Assembly (NCBI GenBank): GCA_963796305.1
Contig: CAWCKZ010000006.1
Location: 511,210-575,209 of the forward strand
Direction: 5' to 3'
From: an uncultured Solirubrobacteraceae bacterium
GTDB taxonomy: Bacteria; Actinomycetota; Thermoleophilia; Solirubrobacterales; Solirubrobacteraceae
DNA length: 64,000 nt
Below the pieces are notes generated by a model that saw only the letters and a list, made by a program, of their open reading frames with translations, searched no databases and was not told the origin of the DNA. Of this stretch, positions 23,501 through 34,185 are shown in pieces (the stretch's first letter is position 1; each line of letters starts with the position of its first letter). The position numbers and the translations under genes were made by a program.

Positions 23501-25129
23501 CTATACGGACGCCGCGGGCGCGGACTTCGCGAGCACGTCTTCGACCGCTTCCACCGACTCGTCGATGCGCTCGAGCACGCGCATCCCGCCGCGCTCGCGC
23601 GGGAGCCCGCCGCCCACCGCCGGGCCCCCGAGGAGGATCGGCAGCTGCGGATGCCCGGCTCGCAGCTCGCGCAGGGCGAGCTCGACGGTTTCGGCGCGCG
23701 CCGGTTCGGTGGCGCCGACGAGCACGAGGTCCGGCGAACGGCTGTCGACGACCTCGAGCAGCTGCTCGGAGGAGAGGTCGGTGTCGAAGATCGTCTGGTA
23801 ACCCGCCGCGGCGAGCTGGTCGTGCACCATCTGCAGCCCGAGCGTGTGCTCGTCGCCCTGCACGCCGGCGAGCAGAACGCGCTCGCGCGTCTGCTCGGTG
23901 TCGAGCGTCATGTAGCGGTAGAGCGTGGCGAGGACGCGGCGCGTGATCGTGCCGGCGCGGTGCTCGCATTCGCCGTCGATCTCACCGGTACCGGACAGGA
24001 CGCTGATGCGGCGCAGCGCGGGGCCGATCACCTCGGCGTGAAGCGTCACAGGCGCGATGCCGTCCTCGATCGCCGTCGCGATGGCGCCCTCGGCGATCTC
24101 GGCGTCGCCGCGTTCGAGCGCGCTCGCAAACGTCTCGAGCGTGCTCTCGACGAGTACGGTCGGATCCGAGCGCGCCTCGCGTGCATCGGGGCCGGTCTGG
24201 CCGAGGACTTCCATGAACGCATCGAGCAGCACGGGGTCGAAGTGGCGCCCGCGCTGTTCGCGCATCATCTGCACGGCCTCCTCGACGGAGAAGGCCCTGC
24301 GGTAGACGCGATCGCTCGTGAGCGCGTCGAAGACGTCGGCCACGGCGACGATGCGGCCCTCGATCGGGATCGCCTCCCCCTTGAGCCCGCGGGGGTAGCC
24401 GCTCCCGTCCCACTTCTCCTGGTGGCTGAGCGCAATCGTCGCCGCCATGTCGAGGATCGAGGAGGAGGATCCCCGCACCAGGCGATGCCCCTCCTCGGCG
24501 TGGGTCTCGACGATCGCGCGCTCCTCAGACGTGAGCGGGCCGGGCTTCAACAGGATCGCGTCGGGGATCGCCACCTTGCCCACGTCGTGCAGCGGCGCCG
24601 CGTGCCCGAGCCGCTCGCAGAACTCCGGGTCCATGCCGATCTGTTCGGCGAGCAGCGTCGAGAAGCGGCCGATCCGCTCGATGTGGGCGCCGGTGTCCTC
24701 GTCGCGGAACTCGACTGCCATCGAAAGCCGGCGCACCGTCTCTGCCTGTGCGATCTCGAGCTCGGAGAGCGCTCGTTTGAGCTCGCTCGTGCGGCCCTCC
24801 ACCTCGAGCTCGAGCGCGGCGCGGCCGCGGTCGCCGACGAGGAAGCCGAGCGCCGCCGCCGAGAAGCCGAGGACTGCGATGCACACGCCGACCGTCGCCG
24901 AGATGCCGCTCGCGATCGCCACGCCGACCGCGGCAGCGGCAATCAGCGCCCACGGAAGGAGGGAGAGGATCCCACGGGGACCCTCGGGCGCCGAGTGGTT
25001 GCGACGGCGGCGGCCGCCCGGGGACAGGCCGGTGCTACGCATCGGCTTGCCACCGCCCGCTCGACGCTGCTCCCGGCCGTGTCCTTGAGCCCCATCCTCT
25101 ACGGGATGCCGGAGGAAGCTCACGTGCAT
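23501..25129 (-). CDS. Membrane HD-GYP phosphodiesterase with C-terminal cobalamin-binding domain (start uncertain)
   Basis: Two TM helices; RDEDTGAH, LHDVGK, HQEKWDGSGYP, ADVFDAL; then helical cap 'CEH' and Rossmann 'GDEHTLG...ILLGG'. Confidence 0.88.
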   Translation of the reverse strand: MHVSFLRHPVEDGAQGHGREQRRAGGGKPMRSTGLSPGGRRRRNHSAPEGPRGILSLLPWALIAAAAVGVAIASGISATVGVCIAVLGFSAAALGFLVGDRGRAALELEVEGRTSELKRALSELEIAQAETVRRLSMAVEFRDEDTGAHIERIGRFSTLLAEQIGMDPEFCERLGHAAPLHDVGKVAIPDAILLKPGPLTSEERAIVETHAEEGHRLVRGSSSSILDMAATIALSHQEKWDGSGYPRGLKGEAIPIEGRIVAVADVFDALTSDRVYRRAFSVEEAVQMMREQRGRHFDPVLLDAFMEVLGQTGPDAREARSDPTVLVESTLETFASALERGDAEIAEGAIATAIEDGIAPVTLHAEVIGPALRRISVLSGTGEIDGECEHRAGTITRRVLATLYRYMTLDTEQTRERVLLAGVQGDEHTLGLQMVHDQLAAAGYQTIFDTDLSSEQLLEVVDSRSPDLVLVGATEPARAETVELALRELRAGHPQLPILLGGPAVGGGLPRERGGMRVLERIDESVEAVEDVLAKSAPAASV

Positions 25130-25263
25130 GGCGTCGGTTACTGAGAACACTCGTGTCCCTGACGGATCTCAGGAGGGGGTCGATGGGCAAGCCATCGTTC
25201 GGCGCCTTGCGTCCCAGCCTTGACTCGGCTTGCAGAGGTTTCGACATTTGACCGACAAGCCGC

Positions 25264-25968
25264 TCAGCGGCCGTTCTGGAGCTGATTGATGTTGATCGGG
25301 TTGGGTGGAGGAGTGATCGTCACCGGCTCGTTCCAGTGGTTGAAGCGGATCCGGCCGCCTTCCTTGCCGCCCTTGGAGATCTGGAGCGGGTAGGGGGCTC
25401 CGGTCGTAGCGACGTACAGTGTGCCGCCCTTTGCTGTGTCCTTGACGCCGACCGCCGGCTGGCCGTCGACCGTGCTCGTCCCCGCGTGCTCGAGCGCGCC
25501 GTGCGAGGCGAGCGAGGAGTCGATCACCGTGCCCAGGTCGGTTAGCTTGGTGAGCGAGGCGAAGTTGCCGCTGCTCGTCGGGGCCTTGAGCCACTTGCCC
25601 TCGAGCAGCTGCGCGGCAGCGGGGCCGGCGACGCGGCTGTAGAACGCGGGACTGCCGTTCAGGTAGAACGCGTGTTCGAGCTCGATGATGTCGATGCGCA
25701 GCCCTTCGATCGATATGTGGCCCTTTGCGCCCTTGCCCGCAACGAGTTCCATATCTAGAGATATCGGTTTGTTTTCGCTGATTGTTGAGCCCGTGACGTG
25801 AACGCTTGCCGCCTTCGCGGCGGCTGCTTTCGACGCTTCAACGATCTGCTCGGGCGATTTCGAGGCGACGCCGTTGCTCGAGGATGAGGAGCCGCCGCCA
25901 CAGCCGGCGAGGCCGGCGAGGGCGAGCAGGAGGGCGAACAGGCGCGCGACTGCGGGCCGGGAGAGCAT
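25264..25968 (-). CDS. Lipoprotein, LppX/LprAFG-like
   Basis: Lipobox LAGC; 'KWLK'; C-terminal 'WNEPVTITPP'. Confidence 0.7.
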   Translation of the reverse strand: MLSRPAVARLFALLLALAGLAGCGGGSSSSSNGVASKSPEQIVEASKAAAAKAASVHVTGSTISENKPISLDMELVAGKGAKGHISIEGLRIDIIELEHAFYLNGSPAFYSRVAGPAAAQLLEGKWLKAPTSSGNFASLTKLTDLGTVIDSSLASHGALEHAGTSTVDGQPAVGVKDTAKGGTLYVATTGAPYPLQISKGGKEGGRIRFNHWNEPVTITPPPNPININQLQNGR

Positions 25969-25980
25969 CCGCCGCAGACT

Positions 25981-28053
25981 CTAGCTGGGGGCGTAGGCGT
26001 CGGCGCGGGTTGGGGCGGCGTCTTGCAACGCCTCCCCCTGCTGCCATCCGTGTTCCACGACCTCGCACACGGCCGCCACCACGTCGGCGTCGAACTGGCT
26101 GCCCGCGCACGCCCGCAGCTCCGCCAGCGCCTCCTGTTCGGAGCGGGCCTCTTGATAGGGGCGGCGCGAGATGATCGCGTCGAACGCGTCGCAGGCGAAG
26201 ATGATGCGCGAGCCGAGGGGGATGTCGGTGCCCTGCGAGGCCGTCGGGGTAGCCGTTGCCGTCCCAGCGCTCGTGGCTGGAGCGCACGAGCCGCGCAACC
26301 GGCTCGAGCGCCGGCGCAGCGGCGAGGATGCGCTCGCCGAAGATCGTGTGGCGGCGCATGAACGCCCACTCGCCCTCGTCGAGCGGGCCGGGCTTCGCGA
26401 GGATCGCTTCGGGTATCGCCGTCTTGCCGACGTCGTGCATCTCGGCGGCGCGCACGAGCTCGTCGAGCTCCTCGGGCTCGAGGCGCATCCGCCGCCCGAC
26501 CGCGAGCGCGAGCGCAGCGACGCCGCCGAGGTGATCGGCGAGCGTCGGCAGGCGTGCCCCGAGGATCTCGAGCAGCACCCCGCGCAGCTGATGCTTGACG
26601 CCGACGGGCCGGGTCTCCTTGTCGGCGTACAGCCGGCGATCGGCGAGCTGCAGGGCGCTCGAGGCGTCGGCGGCGTCGAGCGGCAGCGTGCACAGCCCGT
26701 AGGCAGTCGTGATCTCGAAGCCGTCCCCGCTCTCGCTGAGCGCCGCCACGGTCGCCGCGATCAGCGTCTCGGCCGCGACACTCGCCGGGCCACAGCAGCG
26801 CGCAGAACTCGTCGCCGCCCATCCGGTAGGCGCGCCCGAAGGGCGCCGGCGGCGGCCGCCAGCTTGCGCACCGAGGCGCCCGAGCAGCACGTCGCCGGCG
26901 GGATGGCCGAAGCTGTCGTTGTAGAGCTTGAAGCCGTTGAGGTCGTAGAGAACCAGCAGGCAGGGGCGTCTGCGGCGTGGCGCGCTCGAGGGCGCTCGTC
27001 GAGGTCCTCGACAGCATGCGGCGGTTCCACAGCCCCGTGAGCGCGTCCGTGACCGCCAGCGCGTGGCTCTCCCGCTGGCGGCGCAGGCTCTCGCGGAAGG
27101 CGAGGCCGACGCGCACCGCCGCGGCGAGGAGCGTCGCGAGCGCGAGCACGCGCGCCGGCGTGTTGATGTGCGTGTCGCCGTGGTCGACGAACAGCAGCAG
27201 CGACCGCCGCGGCCGCGCCGAGGGCGGGCGCGGCGAGCGCGCGCCAGCCGTCGTCGCGCGCCGCTGCGCACGGGCCGCGGCGGCGAGAGCGTCGCCGCGA
27301 GCATCAGCAGCGAGGCGAGTCGGCCAGAGCGTTTCGAGCCAGCTGTTTTCGACGTAGGCGCCGGTGGCGACCTGGAACAGGTAGACGGTGTCCGCGCGAG
27401 ATCTGCACGAGCAGGCTGAGCGCGAGCAGGCCCCACATGCAGGCCGGGGCGCCAGCCCGTGAGGCCGATCGCGGTGATGACGAGCAGCGAGCAGCAGCAG
27501 GTCGCCCACCGGGTAGGCGAGGTTCGTGGCGACGACCGGCAGGCTGCCGCCCGTCGCGCTGAGCACGGGGTCGAGCACGAGGCCCGCCGCGACCGCGCAC
27601 AGCCCGAGCCCCGCGATCAGCCCGTCGAGCCACATCGTCGCCCGGACGCGCCTGGCGCGCCTGGCGATCAGCAGCCCGATGCCCGCGTACAGCAGGGGGT
27701 AGTAGAGGAGGTAGAGCGCGTCGTCGACCGACGGCGTCGGCGGTTCGGACTGGCCGCTGTAGAAGATCGTGTAGTAGAGGTCGCCGAGCGCCCAGGCGAG
27801 CATGCCCGCGCCGATCAGCAGCAGCGGCGCGCGGTCGCTGCCGGCGCGTGAGCGCGCGCACGCACAGCGTCAGCGCGGCGCCGAGCATCACGGCGTTGTA
27901 GGCGACGTCGTCGAAGGCGCCGTCCGTGGACGCGCCGCCGAGGCCGAAGTAGACGTGGGCGCAGTAGGCGCAGGTGAGCGCGGCGAGCGCGGCGAAGCAC
28001 CAGGCTGCGCGGCCGGCCGCGGGCAGTTGGGTGCTCGAGAGTCGTCGTGACAC
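25981..28053 (-). CDS. Membrane GGDEF + HD-GYP bifunctional protein (frameshifted)
   Basis: Multiple TMs, TDALTGLWNRR, DLNGFKLYNDSFGH, RMGGDEF, HDVGK and HERWDGNGYP. Confidence 0.88.
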
Positions 28054-28137
28054 TTCGCTGCGATCCCTATCGGCCGCCGCGGGCCGCGGCTGGAGGGAGG
28101 CCCGCGCACCTGCCGGGACGGATATATGGTGCGCGCG

Positions 28138-29410
28138 ATGAGCCGCGACCTCGACGTGGTGGTGCTGGGCGCAACCGGCGTGACGGGACGCCAGGTGGCC
28201 GTCTACCTCGACCAGCGTGCGCCGGACGAGCGGCCTGCGCTGGGCCGCGGCGGCGCGCGATCCGGCGAAGGCGGTGCGCGATGCTCGCCGAGCTCGGCGT
28301 GAGCGCGCCGCAGACGATCGCTGCCGACGTGAGCGATCCGGCCTCGCTGCGCGGCGCTCGCCGAGCGCACGAAGGTCGTGCTCGACCTCGTCGGGCCCAT
28401 ACACGCGCTACGGCCGGCCCGTGATCGAGGCGTGCGTCGACGGGCGGCGCCCACTACGCGGACCTCACCGGCGAGATCCCGTTCGTGCGCCTGATGATCG
28501 ACGAGTTCGACCGCCGCGCGCAGGAGGGCGGCGTGAAGGTCGTGCAGGTGTGCGGCTTCGAGGCGCTGCCGGCGGACCTCGCGATCCTGCTGGCCGCGGA
28601 CGCCGCTCGCGAGCGCTGGGGCGAGGAGCTCGTGAGCGTGGATCTCGACGCGGCCGTCGCCTCGCCGCCGGGGATGCCCCGCCTCTCGGACAGCATCTCC
28701 GGCGGGACGCTGCAGAGCATGCTCGAGGTGGCGAGGGCGGAGAACGCCGGCGCCGCCGCCGATCCGGCCGCGCTGATCGACGACGCCGACGCGGCCGCGG
28801 CGGTACGGCGCGTGAGCCCGATCGTGCTGGCGCCGCGGCGGGGACGGGACGAGGACGTGATCGCGCCGATGATGCCCGGCGCCGTTCATCAACCCCGCCG
28901 TCATCCACCGCACAGCGGTGCTCGGCGCCGCACGCGACGGCCGGCGCGCCGTCGCGTTCCGCTATCGCGAGGGGATCGCGCTCGGCGGCGGCCGCGCGAC
29001 GCTGCCGCTGCGCTGGGGCGCGGCGGGGGCGATGACGGCGACGCAGGTGGGGCTGCGCGCGCTCACACGCGCGAGCCCAGGCGCTCCGGCGCAGGCTCGT
29101 GGGCGCGCTCGCGCACGTCACTCCGTCCTCCGGCTTCGGCCCGGCGGCGGACCGGCTCGAGGGCTGGACGATGGCGGATGGCGGTCGACGCGCGGACCTC
29201 GAGCGGCAACGAGATACGGGCGAGCGTCGCACGGCGAGGGCCACCCCGGCTATCTCGCCACCGCGAGGATGCTCGGCGAGGCCGGCATCCTGCTGGCCGA
29301 GGACGGCGCGACGCCGCCCGCGCGCCGGCTGCCTCACGCCCGCGCTCGCGCTCGGGAGCGCCAGCGCGCCGCGCTTCGCCCGGGCGGGCGTGCGCTTCTC
29401 GGTGGACTAG
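28138..29410 (+). CDS. Saccharopine dehydrogenase-like/trans-acting enoyl reductase family (frameshifted)
   Basis: GATGVTG, GPYTRYG, YADLTGE, CGFEALPAD, SGGT and PGYLATARMLGE. Confidence 0.8.
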
Positions 29411-29960
29411 CTCGGCGCCGGCGACGGCGCCGCATGCCGTGCGCTCGGCGAGCGCCTTCAGGTTGAGCAGCTGGCGGCGCGCCATCACGAGGTCGCCGGC
29501 CGGCAGCAGCAGCGCGCATCGGCAGCCAGCGGACGCCCATGCGCTCGGCGGACGCGCAGCTTCGCGAGCAAGCGCGAGCGCCGGGCGCGAGCTGCTCGAC
29601 GGAATAGGTGACGGCCACTCGTCCGAACACGGTCCCGGAGGAGAGCAGCGTGATCGAGCGCCCGGGCTCGAAGTCGACGAGCCGGAAGATCTTCATCACC
29701 CGCTGTCCGATCTCGAGACGCTCGAGCCCCTCGGTCAGCCGCTGCGGGCTGCGCCGGCCGCGGTTGTCGAGGAGGTCGTAGCTGTAGGGAGCAGCGCGCA
29801 GCTGGCACAGCCAGCGGAATACGACTGCGCCGTCGGCGTTCACGTCGACCGCGCGGAAGAGCGCCTGGTCGCTCTCGTCGGCGAGCCCGTCGCAGGGCAG
29901 TCGGCGACGGCGCTCCTGCGGCGTCGAACCCCACTCGTAGACCACGCGCGGCCAGCTCAT
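29407..29960 (-). CDS. Conserved actinobacterial hypothetical protein (SRPBCC-like; frameshifted)
   Basis: WGSTPQE, LPCD, FRWLCQLRAAPYSYD and GDLVMARRQLLNLKALAE. Confidence 0.65.
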
Positions 29961-30113
29961 CGAGCCGCCGTCCGGGTCGGGCGCTCGTCGGCGCGCGTCG
30001 CTCGCTCATCGGCCGCCGAGTCTCGCACTCCGCGGCGCCCGCGCCCGCGTGCGCCCGGCAGCGCGCTGCTCGCGCCGCGCTGCGCGCGTCGCTCTAGATT
30101 CTCTGCCGTTCAG

Positions 30114-31268
30114 ATGGAGCCGCCGCTCGCCGCCGCCGAACGGATCGCGCCTCTCGCCGCCTCGATGGCGGAGCAGATCGAGCGCGAGCGACAGGCTGCC
30201 CGACGAGCTCGTGCGCGAGCTCCTGGACGGCGGCCTGCTCGGGCTCTGCCTGCCGCGCGCGCTGGGCGGCCGCGAGGCGGACCCGGCGGAGATGGTCGAC
30301 CGCGCTCGAGCGGCTCGCGCGCGGCGACGGCTCGACCGCGTGGTGCGCGATGATCGCCTCGACGAGCTGCCTGCTCGGCGGCCTATCTGCACGAGGAGGA
30401 CGCCGCCCGCGTGTACGACGGCGGGCGCGCGGTCGTGGTCGGCGTGTTCGCGCCGCGCGGCCGCGCCGAGCGCTCGGCGGACGGCTTCCGCGTGAGCGGC
30501 CGCTGGCCGTTCGCCAGCGGCGTGCAGCATTGCGACTGGGCGATGGGCGGCTGCGTCGTGCAGAGCGACGGCGAGCCCGAGCTGCTGCCGAACGGCATGC
30601 CCGACGTGCGCCTGATGCTGATGCCCGCCGCGAGCCTGGAGGTGCTCGACACCTGGTCGGTCGCGGGCCTGCGTGGCACGGGCAGCCACGACATGAGCCG
30701 CGAGCGATGTGCTCGTCGCGCCCTCGCTCACCGGCTTCGGTGTTCAGCGAGCCGCCGCGCGCCGAGGGACCGCTCTACCGCTTCCCGCTGTTCGGGTTGC
30801 TCGCCTGGGCATCTGCGCCGTCGCGCTCGGCGTCGCGAGGGCCGTCGATCGAGGAGCTGATCGAGCTCGCGGCGGGCAAGGTCCCGCAGGCGGGCACGAG
30901 GACGCTCGCGCAGCGCGCGACCGTGCAGAGCGAGGTCGCGGAGGCGGAGGCGATGCTGCGCGCGCGCACGCGCTTTCGTGCTCGACGAAGCCGGGCCGGC
31001 GTGGGAGGCGGCGCAGCGGGGAGCGCTCGACACCGAGCGCCGGCTCGGGCTGCGCCTCGCCGCGACGCACGCAACGCGCACCGCCGCGGCGGTGACGACC
31101 GCGATGTACGAGGCCGGCGGCGGCAGCTCGATCTACGACACGAACCCACTGCAGCGGCGCTTCCGCGACGTCCACGTCGCCACGCAGCACATGCTCGTCG
31201 CGCCCGCGACGTGGGAGCTCGCCGGGCGGCTGCTGCTGGGCGTCCCCACGGACACGCTGCAGCTCTGA
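30114..31268 (+). CDS. Acyl-CoA dehydrogenase-fold flavin monooxygenase (frameshifted)
   Basis: SGRWPFASG, DTWSVAGLRGTGSHD and LQRRFRDVHVATQH. Confidence 0.85.
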
Positions 31269-31290
31269 CGCGCCGTGGGCGCGGCGCTGC

Positions 31291-31950
31291 TCAGCGCCCC
31301 GCTGCGGGCTCGTCTGCGCCGTATATGGCGCGCAGCCAAACCTCGAGCAGCGTGTCGACGACGGCGTCCGCGCGGACGGCTGGCCCGTCGCCGGCGAAGC
31401 TCGCGTGCAACACGCGCTCGTTCATCCAGTTGAGGGAGATCGCGAGATCGCGCGCACCGACACCCGGTGGCGCCGCGCCGCGCGCACGCTCGCCTTCGAT
31501 CGCCTCGGTTGTTTCCTGCACGAATCCCTCCATCACGCGCGCCCACAGCTCGCGCACCTCGGCGCTGCCGGCTCGCGCTTCGATCGCGGCGAGCGCGATC
31601 GCCCGGTGCGCGTTGAACGTGTCGTGCGTGGTCTGCAGCCCCTCCCGCAGGACGCGCCGCGGGTCCTCTGCAAGGAAGGCGAGCGCCACTCCTTCGCGGA
31701 CCTCCTCGACGAGCGTGTCGAGCAGGGTGAGCAGCACCGCCTCCTTCGAGGCGAAGTAGAAGTAGAAGGTGGGCCGCGATATGCCCGCACCGCGGGCGAG
31801 GTCGTCGACGGAGATGTCGTGCAGCGACCGCTCGCCCAGCAGGCGCTCAGCCGTTTGCAGGATCGCGCGTTCGCGCTCCTCGCCGCGCACGCGGGGGACG
31901 CGCCGGCCGCGCGGCGGGCTGAGCTCCGGTGACGCCGAGGAAGCGCTCAT
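31291..31950 (-). CDS. ethR: TetR family regulator, EthR-like
   Basis: ISVDDLARGAGISRPTFYFYF, LNWMNER and WLRAIYG; divergent from an EthA-like gene. Confidence 0.8.
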   Translation of the reverse strand: MSASSASPELSPPRGRRVPRVRGEERERAILQTAERLLGERSLHDISVDDLARGAGISRPTFYFYFASKEAVLLTLLDTLVEEVREGVALAFLAEDPRRVLREGLQTTHDTFNAHRAIALAAIEARAGSAEVRELWARVMEGFVQETTEAIEGERARGAAPPGVGARDLAISLNWMNERVLHASFAGDGPAVRADAVVDTLLEVWLRAIYGADEPAAGR

Positions 31951-31972
31951 CGGAGAGCACGTTACCCCATTC

Positions 31973-32008
31973 TCAACGATGTGTCGAGAGTTCTCGACAG
32001 TGCGTTGA
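31973..32008. promoter_or_regulatory. Candidate EthR operator (two inverted TCAAC-N5-GTCGA boxes)
   Basis: TCAACGATGTGTCGA-gagttc-TCGACAGTGCGTTGA, overlapping the -35 box. Confidence 0.75.
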
Positions 32009-32033
32009 CAGCTTGTCCGGGGGTAGCTAGAGT
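32005..32033 (+). promoter_or_regulatory. Sigma70-type promoter of the ethA-like gene
   Basis: TTGACA, 17-bp spacer, TAGAGT. Confidence 0.75.
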
Positions 32034-32071
32034 GCCATGCAACCCGTCCGCGATCGAGGAGAGCGTAGGCC

Positions 32072-33569
32072 GTGCAACCAGAACACTTCGACGTGCTGAT
32101 CGTCGGCGCCGGCCTCTCCGGCATCGGCGCCGCGTGCCACCTGAAGGCGGAATGCCCCGGCAAGAGCTTCGCGATCCTCGAGGCGCGCGAGGCGAGCGGG
32201 GGCACGTGGGACCTGTTCCGCTACCCCGGCATCCGCTCGGACTCGGACATGTTCACGCTCGGCTACGTGTTCAAGCCCTGGGAAGAGGTGAAATCGATCA
32301 CCGACGGGCCCTCGATCCTCGCCTACATCCGCGAGACGGCGCGCGAGCACGGCGTCGATGAGCTGATCCGCTACGGGCGGCGCGTGGTGCGGGCGACGTG
32401 GTCCACGCCGGAGGCGCGCTGGACGGTCGAGGTGGAGCGCGCCGACACCGGCGAGACCGAGCGGCATCACCTGCGGGTTCCTGTTCGCGAACACCGGCTA
32501 CTACCGCTACGACGAGGGATACACGCCGGAGCTGCCCGGCATCGAGCGCTTTCGCGGCGAAGGTGATCCACCCGCAGCACTGGCCCGAGGACCTCGACTA
32601 CACCGGCAAGCGCGTCGTCGTCATCGGCAGCGGCGCGACGGCGGTGACGCTCGTGCCCGCGATGGCGGAGCGCGCGGCGCACGTGACGATGCTGCAGCGC
32701 TCGCCGAGCTACATCCTCTCGCTGCCCGGATCGGACCCGGTCGCGCGCGTGGTGCGCCACGTGCTGTCGCCGCGTGCGGCCTACGCGCTCGTGCGCTGGA
32801 AGAACGTGGCTGCTCGCCGCCGCGCTCTACGAGGTCAGCCGCCGCGCCCCGCGCTTCATGAAGCGCCTGCTGCGCAACGGCGTGGTCAAGCGGCTTCCGC
32901 CCGACTACGACGTCGACACTCATTTCAAACCGTCCTACGAGCCCTGGGATCAGCGCCTGTGCTTCGTGCCCGACGGCGACCTGTTCGAGTCGCTCTCCCA
33001 GGGAGCGCGCGTCGATCGTCACAGACCGCATTCGCACGATCACCGAGCACGGGCTCCAGCTCGAGTCGGGCGCTGAGCTCGACGCCGACATCATCATCAC
33101 GGCTACCGGGCTGAACCTGCTTGCGCTCGGCGGCATCGAGCTGTCGGTGGACGGCGAGCGGGTGGACATCGGTGACACCGTCGCCTACAAGGGGATGATG
33201 CTCAGCGGCGTGCCGAACCTCGCGTTGACCGTGGGCTACACGAACGCATCGTGGACGCTCAAGGCGGATCTCGTGGCGTCGTATGTGTGCCGGCTGCTCA
33301 ACCACATGGACGCGCACGGCTACACGCACTGCACCACGCACGCGCCCGATCCTGCCCTACCCCGCAGGCCCTTCCTCGATCTCAACTCGGGGTACGTGAT
33401 GCGCTCGGTAGACAAGCTTCCCAAGCAGAGCACCACCGCGCCCTGGCGGCTGCACCAGAGCTATCCGCTCGACCGGCGTGAGCTGCGTCGCTGCCCGCTC
33501 GAGGACGACGCCATCGAGTTCGCGCGCGCCCAGGCACCGGAGCGCGAGGCGGAGCCGATCGCCGCCTAG
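32072..33569 (+). CDS. ethA: Baeyer-Villiger monooxygenase, EthA-like (frameshifted)
   Basis: [42 protein letters not shown] and [10 protein letters not shown]. Confidence 0.85.
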
Positions 33570-33678
33570 CGCCAGGGCGCGCCGAGCCGACGGCGAGGCG
33601 TTCGTCGGCGACGCCATCACCGTGCTGCGCCGGCCTGCCCGGCGAGGGGCGGATTGACGCCGCCCCTCGCGAGCGGAG

Positions 33679-34053
33679 TCAGGCTCTCTCGGGCTCCCCG
33701 AGAACGACCAGGCCGTGGATGCAGATGATGCAGATCGCGAAGATCCCGAGTGACCACCACGGGTGGTCGCCGCCGATGTTGAGCAGCGACTCGATCGCGC
33801 CGAGCGTCGCGGCCACGAGGCCCACGACGCGGCCGTAGGTGCCTCCCCCGAAGAGCGACAGCGACCCCGTGAGCTGGATCGCGCCGATGACGATCGTGAT
33901 CCATCCCCACGTGTGCAGGCTGGAGAACACGAAAGCCGTGTTTTCGGTGTAGAAGTGCGAGTCGCTGACGGCGGCGATGCCGTAGATCAGGTTGAGGATC
34001 CCCGCAACCATCAGCAGGATCCCCACGAACAGGGCGCTACCCACTCCTCTCAT
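33679..34053 (-). CDS. Small 4-TM membrane protein (DUF7144-like)
   Basis: Four hydrophobic helices, TWGW and PWWS. Confidence 0.7.
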   Translation of the reverse strand: MRGVGSALFVGILLMVAGILNLIYGIAAVSDSHFYTENTAFVFSSLHTWGWITIVIGAIQLTGSLSLFGGGTYGRVVGLVAATLGAIESLLNIGGDHPWWSLGIFAICIICIHGLVVLGEPERA

Positions 34054-34185
34054 AGATGCACACCTTTCGTCAACGGCGCCGGCTGGCGCCACCCGGGACA
34101 CTAGCGCGGGCGCCCGCGGCGCCTGCACGCGCCCTTTCAGCGCCGCCGGCCCCCGAGGCGGTGCAAATTCGCCTGCTCGCGGGGC

